A DNA stretch of 56,949 bases from a virus (Duplodnaviria; Caudoviricetes): the IMG/VR virus record IMGVR_UViG_3300044568_000318, positions 1-56,949 of that record. One strand, written 5' to 3'. Below the pieces are notes generated by a model. That model was not told where the DNA came from, ran no database searches, and was given only the letters and a program-made list of their open reading frames with translations. How positions within the stretch are numbered: the stretch's first letter is position 1; each line of letters opens with the position of its first letter. The position numbers and the translations under genes are program-made. Shown piece by piece: positions 1 through 9,824 of this stretch.

Positions 1-10
1 TGTACGCCTT

Positions 11-136
11 CCAAGGACAGCCCAGAGTGGAAGGCGTACATCGTCACCCGTGAGGCCATGCGTGATGTGGAGCTTGAGCTTCTTCGTGCACGGTACCTGT
101 CGTTCACTCAGGAGCGCGACTTCGCCTTCCGCGAGA
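11..136. repeat. Terminal direct repeat copy 1 (circular assembly overlap)
   Basis: Identical to 56824-56949 (126 bp); bases 1-10 do not match the sequence preceding copy 2. Confidence 0.95.
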
Positions 137-2970
137 TCGGTGAGGTTACGCAGAACGGTAAGCTGACCACGGCTGAACGCAAGTTCTTCTCCGATGCGTA
201 CCGGCGCTACAAGGAGTTCTGGACCGAGAACCCGATCATCGATGAGAAGAACCGCGTCTCTCCGAATCAGAAGTCGATGGAGAAGGCCAACGAGTTCCTG
301 GCTGCGTTCAACAAGGCACTCATTGCTGAACAAAAGGAAGCCACTGACGCAGTAGCCAAGGAGCGCAACGACAAGTTGCGTGCGTTCCTGGAAGGTCCTG
401 CTGACGACTTCATCCTCTCCCTGGAAGCGTTCAAGGATCGGCTGGTCCGTAGCGAGGAGAACAAGTTCATCGTCCAGAACCGGATGAAGGATCTCATCGC
501 TTCCGATGTGTCCAACGATGGGGCCGATGTTGCCATCCGTCGCAACTTGGCCGGTGGTTACACGCCGATCCTGCGCCGTGGTGGGTTCCAGCTACGCATC
601 GCCGCCACGGTGGGCGGCAAGACTGTTCGCCTGAAGCAGGACTACAAGGACCAACTGGTCTACTCTCAGTTCGAGACCAGGGATGAAGCTGTCGAGTTGT
701 CCAAGCGGATCAACGCCGCGCTGTTCCAGGAAGGCGGGCAGCCCAAGACGTACAAGGTCGAGGCGTTCAACGAAGAGACGATGCAGTACGAGTTGATGGA
801 TGTGCAACTCACCGCAATCCCTGGTACTGCCCTCGATGGTATAGCCGCACCACCTGAGTTGAACCTCAACGAGTTCATACGTGGGCTCCGGCACTTCAGC
901 ATCGCCCTGCCACCCAAGAAGTTGGAGCAGGTCATCGTTGCCCTGACTGCACAGAACGACCGTGCCCGTCAGCGGCTGGAGCGCAACTTCGTGCCCGGTG
1001 GTAGCACTGACGCAGGGCGTGCCGTTGCCGAGCACATCGAAGCACGGGCGTCCACCATCGCCAAGATCATCATGCGCCCGAAGTTGGCCGAGTTGACCAA
1101 CCTCAACATGCGCAGTACCCGCTCACTGTGGTACGGCGATGAGAACCGCCTGCGGCTGCTGAAGGAAGCCGTCGAGCAAGCAACCCCCGAATCCCGTGGG
1201 GCCGCGCAGCGCGAGTATGAGTTCTATGCGTACCAGTACAACAAGACCAATCCAATGGTCAAGGGTGTACGTGTAGAGCGTGGAGCACAGTACTTCAACG
1301 AGGCTGCAAGTGCTCTTCAGTTCCTGGAGCAGAACCGCAACGTCGATGAGTCTGACTTCGCTTCGGGCAAGGTTGCCTCGCAGGTCCGTGCTGCCACGAG
1401 CTACATGCAGTTGGGCGGGTCTGTTGCCACGGGTGCGCTGAACTACATCGGTGCTCTGACCAACAGCCTTGCGTACATGGCGACGTACAACCCGAAGACT
1501 GCCTTCGGTGGGGGTCTCGGACTCGGCAAGTCTGTTGCGGAGTTCAGCAGGGCACTGAACCAAGTAGGGTTGCGCAGGGCTGTCGGCGCACGCCTGGGTA
1601 GAGAGGAAGACCTCAACACCGCTGAGTTCTACACCAGGGTGGCTGCAAGTCCGGAGCTTCAGAAACGGTATGGACTGACCAAGGATGAAGCAGAGTTCCT
1701 GGCTTTCGAGATCCGCGAAGGCGAGATGGTGCCAGCACTGTCCAACGCCACGACCAACACCGCCCGTGGCCGGGTCAGTAGCGGTGCGGCACAGAAGTTC
1801 CTGGACGGATGGATGTGGACGTTCAACTCCACGGAACAAGCTGTGCGTCGTGCTGTGGGTCTGGCGATGTACCGCATGGAGTTCGCACGTGCCAGGGGGG
1901 CAGGACTCGCAGACGCTGACGCACGCAAGCTGGCGCAGGAGTCGGCGGTCAACGCACTGCGCTTCACGCTCGGTGACTACTCGGTCTTGAACCGCCCGCC
2001 GATGTGGCGCAGCGGAGTGCTGTCGTTCGTCTACATCTACAAGACGTTCCCGACGATGAGCATCCAGTTGTTCAAGCGGCTACCCTGGAAGGGGCGGATG
2101 TACATGCTGGCCGCGCTGTTTGTGTTGGGCGGTATCACTGCGTTCCCGTTCGCTGAGGACATCGAAGACCTTATCGACACCATCGCGCAAGGACTCGGAC
2201 TCAAACAAGCCAGCGTCCGCTACGAGATCGCCAAGGTCCTGGACGAACTCGCCCCCGGTGTGTCGCCCTATGTCCTGCGGGGCTTCGCCAACGCCTACTT
2301 CCCCGGCAACACGGCTGATCGCATCAGTCTTGGCAACTTTCTTCCTGGTACGGGTGTCCTACTCGCAGGGGCCAACATCTCCAAGGAAGTTACCGACATG
2401 GCAGGACCTGCTGTGTCGATGCTTCTGGGGACTGCATCCACGATGGTCGATGTGGTCCGTGCGCCGTTCACGGAGCGCGTCTCCTGGGTGGACATCCTGC
2501 GGGAGTCTCCGGTGACAATGCTCCGGGCTTTTGGTGACTCCGTGGCCTACACGCAGTCAGGGGCCATCGTGGACAAGCGCGGGTACGTGGTGTCGGAAGA
2601 TCTCGGTGTATCGACACTGGCTGTGCGGTTGCTCGGGTTCTACCCGGCTGCGGCTACCGAGCAGTACGACGTGATCCGCGTCGCCAAGCGGATGACCGAC
2701 TACCAGAAAGAAGTTGTGGCGGGCTTCCGGCAGGCGTGGATCAAGGCCAAGATCCAAGGTGACGAGGATCAGGCGCAGCAGGTCGTGGACTCTGTGAATG
2801 CATGGAACGAAGGTGCACGCGGCACCGCCCTGGAGATCCGCAACTTCCTACCCAACGCAACCAAGGCGCTGCGAGAAGCACAGCGTCCTGCTGGCGAGCG
2901 GTTCCTCAAGTCGGCACCTCGTGCCGCACGAGAGGACATCGAGACCGTGGCAGATCTGCTGGGATACTAG
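58..2970 (+). CDS. C-terminal 970 aa of the giant internal virion/ejection protein (PLxRFG-like domain); continues the ORF starting at 50754
   Basis: ATG 58 corresponds to ATG 56871, in frame with 50754; YTPILRRG and FNSTEQAVRR...GDYSVLNRPP...YIYKTF motifs resemble PLxRFG-type phage proteins. Confidence 0.8.
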   Translation: MRDVELELLRARYLSFTQERDFAFREIGEVTQNGKLTTAERKFFSDAYRRYKEFWTENPIIDEKNRVSPNQKSMEKANEFLAAFNKALIAEQKEATDAVAKERNDKLRAFLEGPADDFILSLEAFKDRLVRSEENKFIVQNRMKDLIASDVSNDGADVAIRRNLAGGYTPILRRGGFQLRIAATVGGKTVRLKQDYKDQLVYSQFETRDEAVELSKRINAALFQEGGQPKTYKVEAFNEETMQYELMDVQLTAIPGTALDGIAAPPELNLNEFIRGLRHFSIALPPKKLEQVIVALTAQNDRARQRLERNFVPGGSTDAGRAVAEHIEARASTIAKIIMRPKLAELTNLNMRSTRSLWYGDENRLRLLKEAVEQATPESRGAAQREYEFYAYQYNKTNPMVKGVRVERGAQYFNEAASALQFLEQNRNVDESDFASGKVASQVRAATSYMQLGGSVATGALNYIGALTNSLAYMATYNPKTAFGGGLGLGKSVAEFSRALNQVGLRRAVGARLGREEDLNTAEFYTRVAASPELQKRYGLTKDEAEFLAFEIREGEMVPALSNATTNTARGRVSSGAAQKFLDGWMWTFNSTEQAVRRAVGLAMYRMEFARARGAGLADADARKLAQESAVNALRFTLGDYSVLNRPPMWRSGVLSFVYIYKTFPTMSIQLFKRLPWKGRMYMLAALFVLGGITAFPFAEDIEDLIDTIAQGLGLKQASVRYEIAKVLDELAPGVSPYVLRGFANAYFPGNTADRISLGNFLPGTGVLLAGANISKEVTDMAGPAVSMLLGTASTMVDVVRAPFTERVSWVDILRESPVTMLRAFGDSVAYTQSGAIVDKRGYVVSEDLGVSTLAVRLLGFYPAAATEQYDVIRVAKRMTDYQKEVVAGFRQAWIKAKIQGDEDQAQQVVDSVNAWNEGARGTALEIRNFLPNATKALREAQRPAGERFLKSAPRAAREDIETVADLLGY

Positions 2971-5840
2971 ACAGCCTTGAGTTGGCCGAAGGCCATGTTC
3001 TCGTAGGACTGGTCTGCTTCGTCAAGGATACCCTGCAAGCGTGGGTGGTTCAGGTTCACGCCGATCACGTAGACCTGACCGAGCTTGGCCGGGGTGTCCT
3101 TGCCGAGGTACGCCTTCTTCGACGAAGGTGTGGCAATCGCAGACTCCTCAGTAAGTTCCTGGATGAAGGTCTTGTAGTCGGCGCCTCGCTGTGACAGCCA
3201 GCGCCGGAAGTGCGCCCGGTCGAGGAAGACCGTGCCGTAGTTGAACGCCTCGGCGGCACTCTTGCGGTACACGTCGAACCGCACACGGATGTCGTTGCGT
3301 GGCATACGGCTGAAGTCCACGGTGGGCTTCTGCGTGCCGGTGTGCATGACGGTGACGGCTGTGTCCGCGCAGTCGTTGAGGTAGTCCGACAGCATGTCGA
3401 ACGCATCGAGCTTGCTCTCCTGCACGGTACGCCTGATGGCACCCACCTGGGCCAGGGTCCACTCCACGCCGGGGCGCGGGTCGTGCTGTATCAGGCCCCA
3501 GTCCTTCGCCATCGTGGAGGCAAGGTCGGCCATGATGATGGCTTGCTCCCAGAACCGCTCCTCGCCTGCGAACTTGCACTGGTACCGCTTGTTGAACGTG
3601 GCCGTCGCTTCTGCGATGGCGGCCTTGCATCCGTCAGGACCGAGTTCCAGCAACTTGCTGATGAATGCGCGTCCGATGTGGCCGTAGTTGCCCATGAGGA
3701 ACTGGTATATCCGCCGTCCTGCCATGCTGTCCTTGGTGAACATGGGGTGCGAAGGCACGCTGACTTCCAGGATCCGGGCCATCTGTGCATCCGTGTCGAG
3801 GCCGGAGGCGATGAGCTTGGACTGCATGGACTTGTTGGTGGACACCACGACAGGCATAGCCCAGGTACGTGCGTCTCGCTCCTCAGCGTTGCGGGTCATC
3901 CGCGCCTTGTCCCGGCCCTGCGATACCCAGTAGGCGAAGTCTCCGACCTCCTTGTCGTCCATCATGGTGACTTCATCGATGGTCATGGGCATGTGGCAGT
4001 ACAGGCCCATGCGGCTGAACAAGGAGTTCTGCGTGAACTTGGCTGCGAAGTGCAGCTTGTCCGGGTTGCCGTAGATCGACTGCACCCAGTACTGGGCCAG
4101 CGTCTTACCACCACCCGTGGGGCCATACAGCGACACGGTGAGACCCTTGAGGCCGGTGAACGCATACAGCGGAGCCGACAGGCCCACACCCAGGGCGAAG
4201 GAGTGCGCGTGCAGTCCGGTGCGGTCGATGAGGCGGGTGAAGTCCACCCACTCGCTGAGTTCCCCTGAGGTGCCGTACAACTCGTGGCCCAGACGGGCGC
4301 TGCCAGCAGACAGGCTCACATCTTCAGAGATGACGGTGCCGTCCTCGGTACGGCGCAGGATCGTGTCACCAATGACGAACTGAGAGAAGTTGTCCTTCCA
4401 CCCCATCGTGGAGTACAGGTTCGTCATGGCACGCTTCTGCCGTAGTTCATCCATGTACGAGCGCAGCATGAGTTGAAAGTACTCCGTTTGTCGAACGCCA
4501 GCAAGCACGATGCCCTGGTCGGCTATCTCGGTAGTGAAGTCCTTGATGCGGGGGACCGTGAGGTACGCCTGCCGTAGCGACAGTTCGGTCCATCCTGAGT
4601 GTGGGCGCTTCCAGCAGTAGCGCACGGTCTCGTAGCCCAGCCCTTCGTCCTTGCCATAGGCCACGGGGTAGATGTCGAACTTGCACACGTCGATGTCGGT
4701 GTCATCGATCACAGCCTTCAGCCCATCCACAGTGCGCTTGAACGGACGCGGCAGCGGTACATCCGTCGAGACGAATGCGGGCACATCCGTGCTGGGCTTG
4801 ACCTCTTGGTACTGCACACCCAGGCGGGCGGGTGAGCCGATCTTGTCTCTGAACTTGCAGCCTTTGCAGCCGCCCGGTCTGTCAGTCTCAAACTTGCTGC
4901 ACGTCGTTGGTCCGGTGGTAGAGTTGCGCCAGTGCTCCAACTTGTGGAGCGTGACCTGTGCGTTGAAGTCCGGGTGCTGGTCGCTCCATGCGATGGCCGT
5001 AGCCTCAGGCTCCGTGCAGTGCGCAGCCACACCAATCAGGTCGTACCACAGGGGCTCAGGCACCTCGGCCTGATTCTTCACCGCCCAGTTGATCTGCTGG
5101 CACTTGGCGTATACCACGCCTGCGATGGCAGGAGGGAAGTCCTGCTTGACCTGCAACGCACTGGTCAACGTGCTGGTGGATGTGTGCTGCACCGTCGCCG
5201 GCGTAACGCTGGGAACACCCAGCTTCGTCCTGGCTGCGAACGGTGCCAGTGCTGCGGTGATGGTGCTCAGGTCGTAGTCAGGCGCATCGGCCAGTAGCGT
5301 GACCTGTGTGCTGCTCTTCGGGTTGGTCGTCCCTACAGGTCGCAGTACGCGGGCACTGTCGCCGGGTACTGCTGGGTCGATGTGGAACTCCCTGTCCTGG
5401 CACGCAGCCTTGAGCGCAAGTGCCACGGGCTTCCACTGCTCGAGCGAGACATCCTCCGTCAGGCACCAGTAAACATGTAGTCCGTTGCCTGAGTCCACGA
5501 TCATCGGCCGTGGTAGACGTGTGTCCTTGAGGAACTTCGCCAGTGCAGCGACACCGTCCCTCTTCGTCGCGTATGGCTTGTTCGGTCCACAGTCCACATC
5601 GAGCGCCAGCACCTTGACTGCCCGTGCGTTGTCCTGTGTTCGCCGTCCCTTCTCAGCGAACGCTGAGATGGCGTAGTACGTGTTGTTGCCGCGTTTGTCG
5701 GAAGCGGTCACCGCCCGTGTGAGGTCCTCTACCGTCGAGAAGAATCCATGCCTTGCACCTTCACCAGTGTTGATGACGGCTGTGACGTAGAAACCCGATG
5801 ACGGAAGAACCCGCTGAAGGAAATTCAACGTGTCCATCAT
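2967..5840 (-). CDS. Primase-helicase (RepB-like AEP primase, DUF927-like region and P-loop helicase)
   Basis: LDVD, SGNGLHVYW and RVLRPVGTTNPK AEP motifs; Cys cluster TTC...GCKGC; Walker A GPTGGGKT; Walker B TIDE. Confidence 0.85.
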   Translation of the reverse strand: MMDTLNFLQRVLPSSGFYVTAVINTGEGARHGFFSTVEDLTRAVTASDKRGNNTYYAISAFAEKGRRTQDNARAVKVLALDVDCGPNKPYATKRDGVAALAKFLKDTRLPRPMIVDSGNGLHVYWCLTEDVSLEQWKPVALALKAACQDREFHIDPAVPGDSARVLRPVGTTNPKSSTQVTLLADAPDYDLSTITAALAPFAARTKLGVPSVTPATVQHTSTSTLTSALQVKQDFPPAIAGVVYAKCQQINWAVKNQAEVPEPLWYDLIGVAAHCTEPEATAIAWSDQHPDFNAQVTLHKLEHWRNSTTGPTTCSKFETDRPGGCKGCKFRDKIGSPARLGVQYQEVKPSTDVPAFVSTDVPLPRPFKRTVDGLKAVIDDTDIDVCKFDIYPVAYGKDEGLGYETVRYCWKRPHSGWTELSLRQAYLTVPRIKDFTTEIADQGIVLAGVRQTEYFQLMLRSYMDELRQKRAMTNLYSTMGWKDNFSQFVIGDTILRRTEDGTVISEDVSLSAGSARLGHELYGTSGELSEWVDFTRLIDRTGLHAHSFALGVGLSAPLYAFTGLKGLTVSLYGPTGGGKTLAQYWVQSIYGNPDKLHFAAKFTQNSLFSRMGLYCHMPMTIDEVTMMDDKEVGDFAYWVSQGRDKARMTRNAEERDARTWAMPVVVSTNKSMQSKLIASGLDTDAQMARILEVSVPSHPMFTKDSMAGRRIYQFLMGNYGHIGRAFISKLLELGPDGCKAAIAEATATFNKRYQCKFAGEERFWEQAIIMADLASTMAKDWGLIQHDPRPGVEWTLAQVGAIRRTVQESKLDAFDMLSDYLNDCADTAVTVMHTGTQKPTVDFSRMPRNDIRVRFDVYRKSAAEAFNYGTVFLDRAHFRRWLSQRGADYKTFIQELTEESAIATPSSKKAYLGKDTPAKLGQVYVIGVNLNHPRLQGILDEADQSYENMAFGQLKAV

Positions 5841-5851
5841 GCCCCTGCGAA

Positions 5852-5875
5852 AGTGAGGGGATTGCTCCCCTCACT
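5852..5875. promoter_or_regulatory. Intergenic hairpin upstream of the primase-helicase start
   Basis: AGTGAGGGG-N6-CCCCTCACT, a perfect 9-bp stem with only a short U tail on the minus strand. Confidence 0.45.
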
Positions 5876-5878
5876 GCC

Positions 5879-6163
5879 CTACTTATCACCGTCCAGGATC
5901 TGCTTCAGCCGAGCGAACCGTTGTGGTTGGCCTGCGGCAATGACTTCGGGCATGGGCCATGCGTGGTCGGTCATGACTGCCAGAAGCCTGCGAAGCATAG
6001 TGCGGACGGTCTCGTCGTTGCTCTTGCGCAGGGCCTTCCCCCTGACCCAGCCATAGTACGTCATCCGGGACACACCAAGCAACTTGGACATGTCCGTTGT
6101 CGTCAGTAGCATGTGCTTGCGCAGAGCCTCGACCTTGGCGAAGTCGATGGGCTTAGGCGTCAT
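5879..6163 (-). CDS. XRE/Cro-like helix-turn-helix DNA-binding protein
   Basis: LRKHMLLTTTDMSKLLGVSRMTYYGWVRG fits the HTH pattern. Confidence 0.8.
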   Translation of the reverse strand: MTPKPIDFAKVEALRKHMLLTTTDMSKLLGVSRMTYYGWVRGKALRKSNDETVRTMLRRLLAVMTDHAWPMPEVIAAGQPQRFARLKQILDGDK

Positions 6164-7154
6164 CTGCCGCTACCTCACCGACGAGCGCGGCGATCTCATC
6201 GGCCAGCGAACTCGCTGCCGCAGCAGGAGCCGCAGCCGGTGCAGGAGCCGCTGCCTTCACGGGCTTCGCCGCCACAGGCGCAGGGGCCGGAGCCGCTGCC
6301 TTGGGTGCACCGAAACCACGCTTCGCAGCCACCGGAGCCGCTGCCGGTGCAGGGGCGGGTGCAGGGGTAGGAGCCGGGGCGGGAGCAGCCACGACAGCGG
6401 GTTTCGATGCAGCCTTCGGTGCCGCGATCTTCGGCACCTCAACCGGTTGGCGGGGAACTTCGCCAGTGATCTCACGCACTTGGTCGGAGCCGAAGAGTGC
6501 GTCAACAACTTGCTGCGTCTCTGCATCCATGAAGCCGCCGAAGCCGAAGGCCAGCTTCGGGAACGAGGCGCTGGGATCGAAGGATACCTTGGTCTTCACC
6601 ACCTCGGCAGGGATGCCGCGCATACGCAGTTCGTTCTGGTACTGGTTCAGCCCCTTGAGCGCAGCCGGGGTGACTTCCAGCAGGTACACCGGGCCGGACG
6701 GATCGTCCGCTGCCACCACAGCCAGACGCTTGCGGTCGCTGCACGCCTTGAGTTGCTGGCCGGACGGACCGATCTTGGAGCCCCATGCGTTGTGCGGGCA
6801 GGACGCACACAGTTCGTTCTGCGGCTCGGTGGACTGCGGGTCAGGGCTCACACCATCCAGCGAGAAGCACTCGGGTGCCTGCGGCTCAGAGTCCTGGGAC
6901 CATGCCTTGGCGTACCACGTCTTCGACAGTTTGGGGTTGGCACCGACGATGACCACATCCAGGGTCAGCGTGTCGAGCACGGTCTCGGTGTCGCCCTCCT
7001 GGATACGGAAGCGGCTGGACTTGATGGAGATCTTGGGGAAGCCGCCACCTTGGGACAGGCCACCGGCCAGGGACTGCGTCAGCGTAGACGGGGCACCGAT
7101 GCGGGCAGCGAGGTGGGCGGGGATCTGGATGTTCACGGGGACGATGTTGCTCAT
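6153..7154 (-). CDS. Putative single-stranded DNA-binding protein
   Basis: Replication-module position, globular N-domain with CxxC, Pro/Ala linker and acidic C-terminal tail. Confidence 0.55.
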   Translation of the reverse strand: MSNIVPVNIQIPAHLAARIGAPSTLTQSLAGGLSQGGGFPKISIKSSRFRIQEGDTETVLDTLTLDVVIVGANPKLSKTWYAKAWSQDSEPQAPECFSLDGVSPDPQSTEPQNELCASCPHNAWGSKIGPSGQQLKACSDRKRLAVVAADDPSGPVYLLEVTPAALKGLNQYQNELRMRGIPAEVVKTKVSFDPSASFPKLAFGFGGFMDAETQQVVDALFGSDQVREITGEVPRQPVEVPKIAAPKAASKPAVVAAPAPAPTPAPAPAPAAAPVAAKRGFGAPKAAAPAPAPVAAKPVKAAAPAPAAAPAAAASSLADEIAALVGEVAADDA

Positions 7155-7163
7155 GTGGGTTCC

Positions 7164-7502
7164 TTAGAAGGATGAGTTGGCGGACTTCTGGGCAGCGTAC
7201 GCCTGTGCTGCATGATGTTTTTTGATGTCGCTGCCGGACATCATGGCTTCCCTCGCAGTGACCGTTGCGATGAAGTCTGCGATGGCCTGCGTGTCAGCGC
7301 AGTAGCGGAAGGTTCCGGCTCGGTCCGAGTACGGGCTACCTCGTTGCATGGCGATGTAGCCGTTCTCGATCTTCCACGCCACGACCGCAGCCTGGGTCTC
7401 GGACACCATGTTCATGAACCCGTGTCCGAAGTTAGATGGTTGCTCCGGTGGCGGGACGGTGTCGCTGTGCAGCCACCTGCGGATCATGTTCTTCAGTCCC
7501 AT
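7164..7502 (-). CDS. Hypothetical protein
   Basis: Fills the gap between flanking genes; GAGGAG SD. Confidence 0.6.
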   Translation of the reverse strand: MGLKNMIRRWLHSDTVPPPEQPSNFGHGFMNMVSETQAAVVAWKIENGYIAMQRGSPYSDRAGTFRYCADTQAIADFIATVTAREAMMSGSDIKKHHAAQAYAAQKSANSSF

Positions 7503-7504
7503 GT

Positions 7505-7957
7505 CTACTCCTCTGCCTTGGCACCGGGCTTGCGAATGTTCACCTCCAGCTTGGTGCCGTAGTTCACACCGGGGGGAACGGTCTTGTTCTGCTGGATGTA
7601 GCCACGCACAGCCACCTTGCTGATGCGCTTCTCCAGCATGTCGTACGCTTCGTTCGTACGGATGAAGTCCAGCACGGCATCCCAGTCAGCCACGTTCGCG
7701 TAGTCGGTGGTCGTCAGGAACGCAGTGCCGAAGTCGGATTTGAAGGATGTGACTCCCTGTTCGTCCGCCTTCTCCTTGATCCACGCTTCCAGCTTCGCCA
7801 TGTTGGCCTTGATGCCGTCCACGCGGGACTTCATCTCTGCCTCGATGGCATCCTTCTGGCTGCGCAGGGCCATGTACGTACGGATGACATCCCCGATGTT
7901 GGGGACGCCTATCCTCTGCCTCGCGTCGGAGGCAACCTCTTGCTCGCTCATGATCAC
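7505..7957 (-). CDS. Phage replication-module protein (coiled-coil N-terminus)
   Basis: Overlaps the helicase stop; coiled coil followed by a DWDAV motif. Confidence 0.7.
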   Translation of the reverse strand: MIMSEQEVASDARQRIGVPNIGDVIRTYMALRSQKDAIEAEMKSRVDGIKANMAKLEAWIKEKADEQGVTSFKSDFGTAFLTTTDYANVADWDAVLDFIRTNEAYDMLEKRISKVAVRGYIQQNKTVPPGVNYGTKLEVNIRKPGAKAEE

Positions 7958-9507
7958 TTCCTTGTCTGTTCTTGGATGAGGTCCAGCAGCAGACCCTGGA
8001 GCTTCTGCTTGTTGCGCAGACGTTCGTACATCTTGTGCTCAAGGTCGGTGGCTTCGATGTGGATGACGTTGGACACCCGCTTCTTGCCGATGCGCTCGAT
8101 ACGCCCGTTGGCCTGGACGTACACCTCGTTGCTGTTGATCGGACCGTACCAGATGATGGTCGATGCTGTCGTCAGGGTTAGCCCGTGGGCCATCGTCCCG
8201 GGGTGAGCGATGAGAACCTGTGGGTCCCTGCCGTGCTGGAAGTCGTGGAAGATCTTGTTGCGCTGTGATGCGCTGACCTCTCCGTTGACCACGCCAACGG
8301 TGAAGTGCTTGGCAAGTTCCTTCTCCAGCATGTGCAGTGTGCCGGTCAGCGGCACGAAGACGATGACTTTCTCTCCTGCTTCTTCGATCACCTCCTTTAC
8401 CAAGTTGATGCGTGGTGTGCAGTCGATCTCGATGTTCTGACCGTCATCGCCATACGCCACGCCGCAGGCGATCTGCACTAACTTCTGGATCTTCACCGCC
8501 TCGTTGACTGCGGTGATGGTCCCCTCCGCAGCCGCTTCGGTCACGAAGTGGCGCAACATCTGGGTGAAGTGCTTCCTCTGTTCGGTGGTCAGTTCCACCT
8601 GCCGGGTCTGCACGATCGTCTCGGGCAGGTCGAAGCACTCATCCCGTGTGTACCGCACAGCCGGTTGCAGGATGTGCTTGACGATGTCCACGGACTCAGG
8701 GCGCGGGACGAACTTCCACTGCCCGATCTTCATCATCACCTGTTCACGGAAGGCAGTGAACGTCTTGGTGCAGTACGGACTGTTGACCAGCTTCGCCAGT
8801 GCCCATGCGTCTGTCGGGTCGTTAGGGGTCGGCGTGCCGGTCATCAACCACAAACGTGCTGTGGTGTTCTGGTCCATCCATTTGCGGAACAGCTTGAACC
8901 TCTGCGTCTGCGGGTTGCGGTACACCGCAGCCTCGTCCACGATGATGAGGTCGAACATCCCGATGGCCTTGTCCGCGATGATGGGGAAGCCGTCGTGGTT
9001 GCAGATGTAGAAGTCCACGTCGGTGGACAGCCGCTTGAGTCGCTTCTCAGCGGTGCCGTGCAGCACGGCGAACTTGCGGTGGATCAGCCCCTTGAAGATA
9101 CCGTCCGCCCACACACGCTCCAACGTACTGAGGGGTGAGAGGATGAGTACCTTACTGACTTGCCGGGTCTTGATCAGATAGTCCGCAGCCCACAGCGCAG
9201 ACTGCGTCTTGCCGGTGCCGATCTCGTTGAGCACAAGGGCACGTTGGTTCAGCGTGAGGAACGCTGCCGTCTCCCGCTGGTGGTCGTATGGGGTGAGCCC
9301 ACCGGGCCAGTCGTAGTAGTGCAGGATGGGGCTCGGTGCCTTGATCCCCAGGTTGCGCAGCACGCGCACCTCGTCCAGTCTGTGTGGTGCCACCACGATG
9401 GGCACGCCGCGCACCTCGTAAGGTCGGGCTGTGGGTATGGCACTGAGCACCCGCTCGGGGTTGTTCAGCTTCAGCGCCAGGGCCTTGGCTCGTTCAACTA
9501 CCAGCAT
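7954..9507 (-). CDS. SNF2-like superfamily 2 helicase
   Basis: EIGTGKT, IIVDEA, MTGTP, HGLTLT and QANGRIERIG motifs. Confidence 0.9.
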   Translation of the reverse strand: MLVVERAKALALKLNNPERVLSAIPTARPYEVRGVPIVVAPHRLDEVRVLRNLGIKAPSPILHYYDWPGGLTPYDHQRETAAFLTLNQRALVLNEIGTGKTQSALWAADYLIKTRQVSKVLILSPLSTLERVWADGIFKGLIHRKFAVLHGTAEKRLKRLSTDVDFYICNHDGFPIIADKAIGMFDLIIVDEAAVYRNPQTQRFKLFRKWMDQNTTARLWLMTGTPTPNDPTDAWALAKLVNSPYCTKTFTAFREQVMMKIGQWKFVPRPESVDIVKHILQPAVRYTRDECFDLPETIVQTRQVELTTEQRKHFTQMLRHFVTEAAAEGTITAVNEAVKIQKLVQIACGVAYGDDGQNIEIDCTPRINLVKEVIEEAGEKVIVFVPLTGTLHMLEKELAKHFTVGVVNGEVSASQRNKIFHDFQHGRDPQVLIAHPGTMAHGLTLTTASTIIWYGPINSNEVYVQANGRIERIGKKRVSNVIHIEATDLEHKMYERLRNKQKLQGLLLDLIQEQTRK

Positions 9508-9802
9508 CTTGTCCCAACCACTTGTCTAGTTCTGCTACGTCTTCTTCGCACCGCACCAGGAACCACCGGCCCCCAGCAAGTACGATCTGTTCGCCCGTTG
9601 CCACTTGCAGGGCAGTGGGCTTCTTGGTCTTGTCAGCCTTGCACTCGATACCTACGAACCCGCCATCCACGATGCACACGAAGTCTGGGATGCCTGACTT
9701 GCCGAAGCCGTTGTTCCCCGGCAGGAAGTACCAGATCTTGTGTGCCTGCAAGACCTCGCGCACTCGGCGTTTGATCTTGCCCTCGGGTGTAAGAGCCGCC
9801 AT
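9494..9802 (-). CDS. VRR-NUC nuclease / Holliday junction resolvase-like protein
   Basis: TPEGK...GIPDF...GIECK...PTALQ; start taken at ATG 9802. Confidence 0.85.
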   Translation of the reverse strand: MAALTPEGKIKRRVREVLQAHKIWYFLPGNNGFGKSGIPDFVCIVDGGFVGIECKADKTKKPTALQVATGEQIVLAGGRWFLVRCEEDVAELDKWLGQDAGS

Positions 9803-9824
9803 GATACACAGCCTTACGTTCGTG

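Noticed and set aside
3210-4268. Long antisense/alternative-frame ORFs (also 13712-14920, 19720-20991, 28633-30006, 31333-32847, 54480-56144)
   Set aside because: Shadows of GC3-biased genes with no protein motifs, unlike the nested HNH.
5879-6163. XRE protein as a lysogeny repressor
   Set aside because: No integrase or partition genes recognised; it lies within the replication operon.
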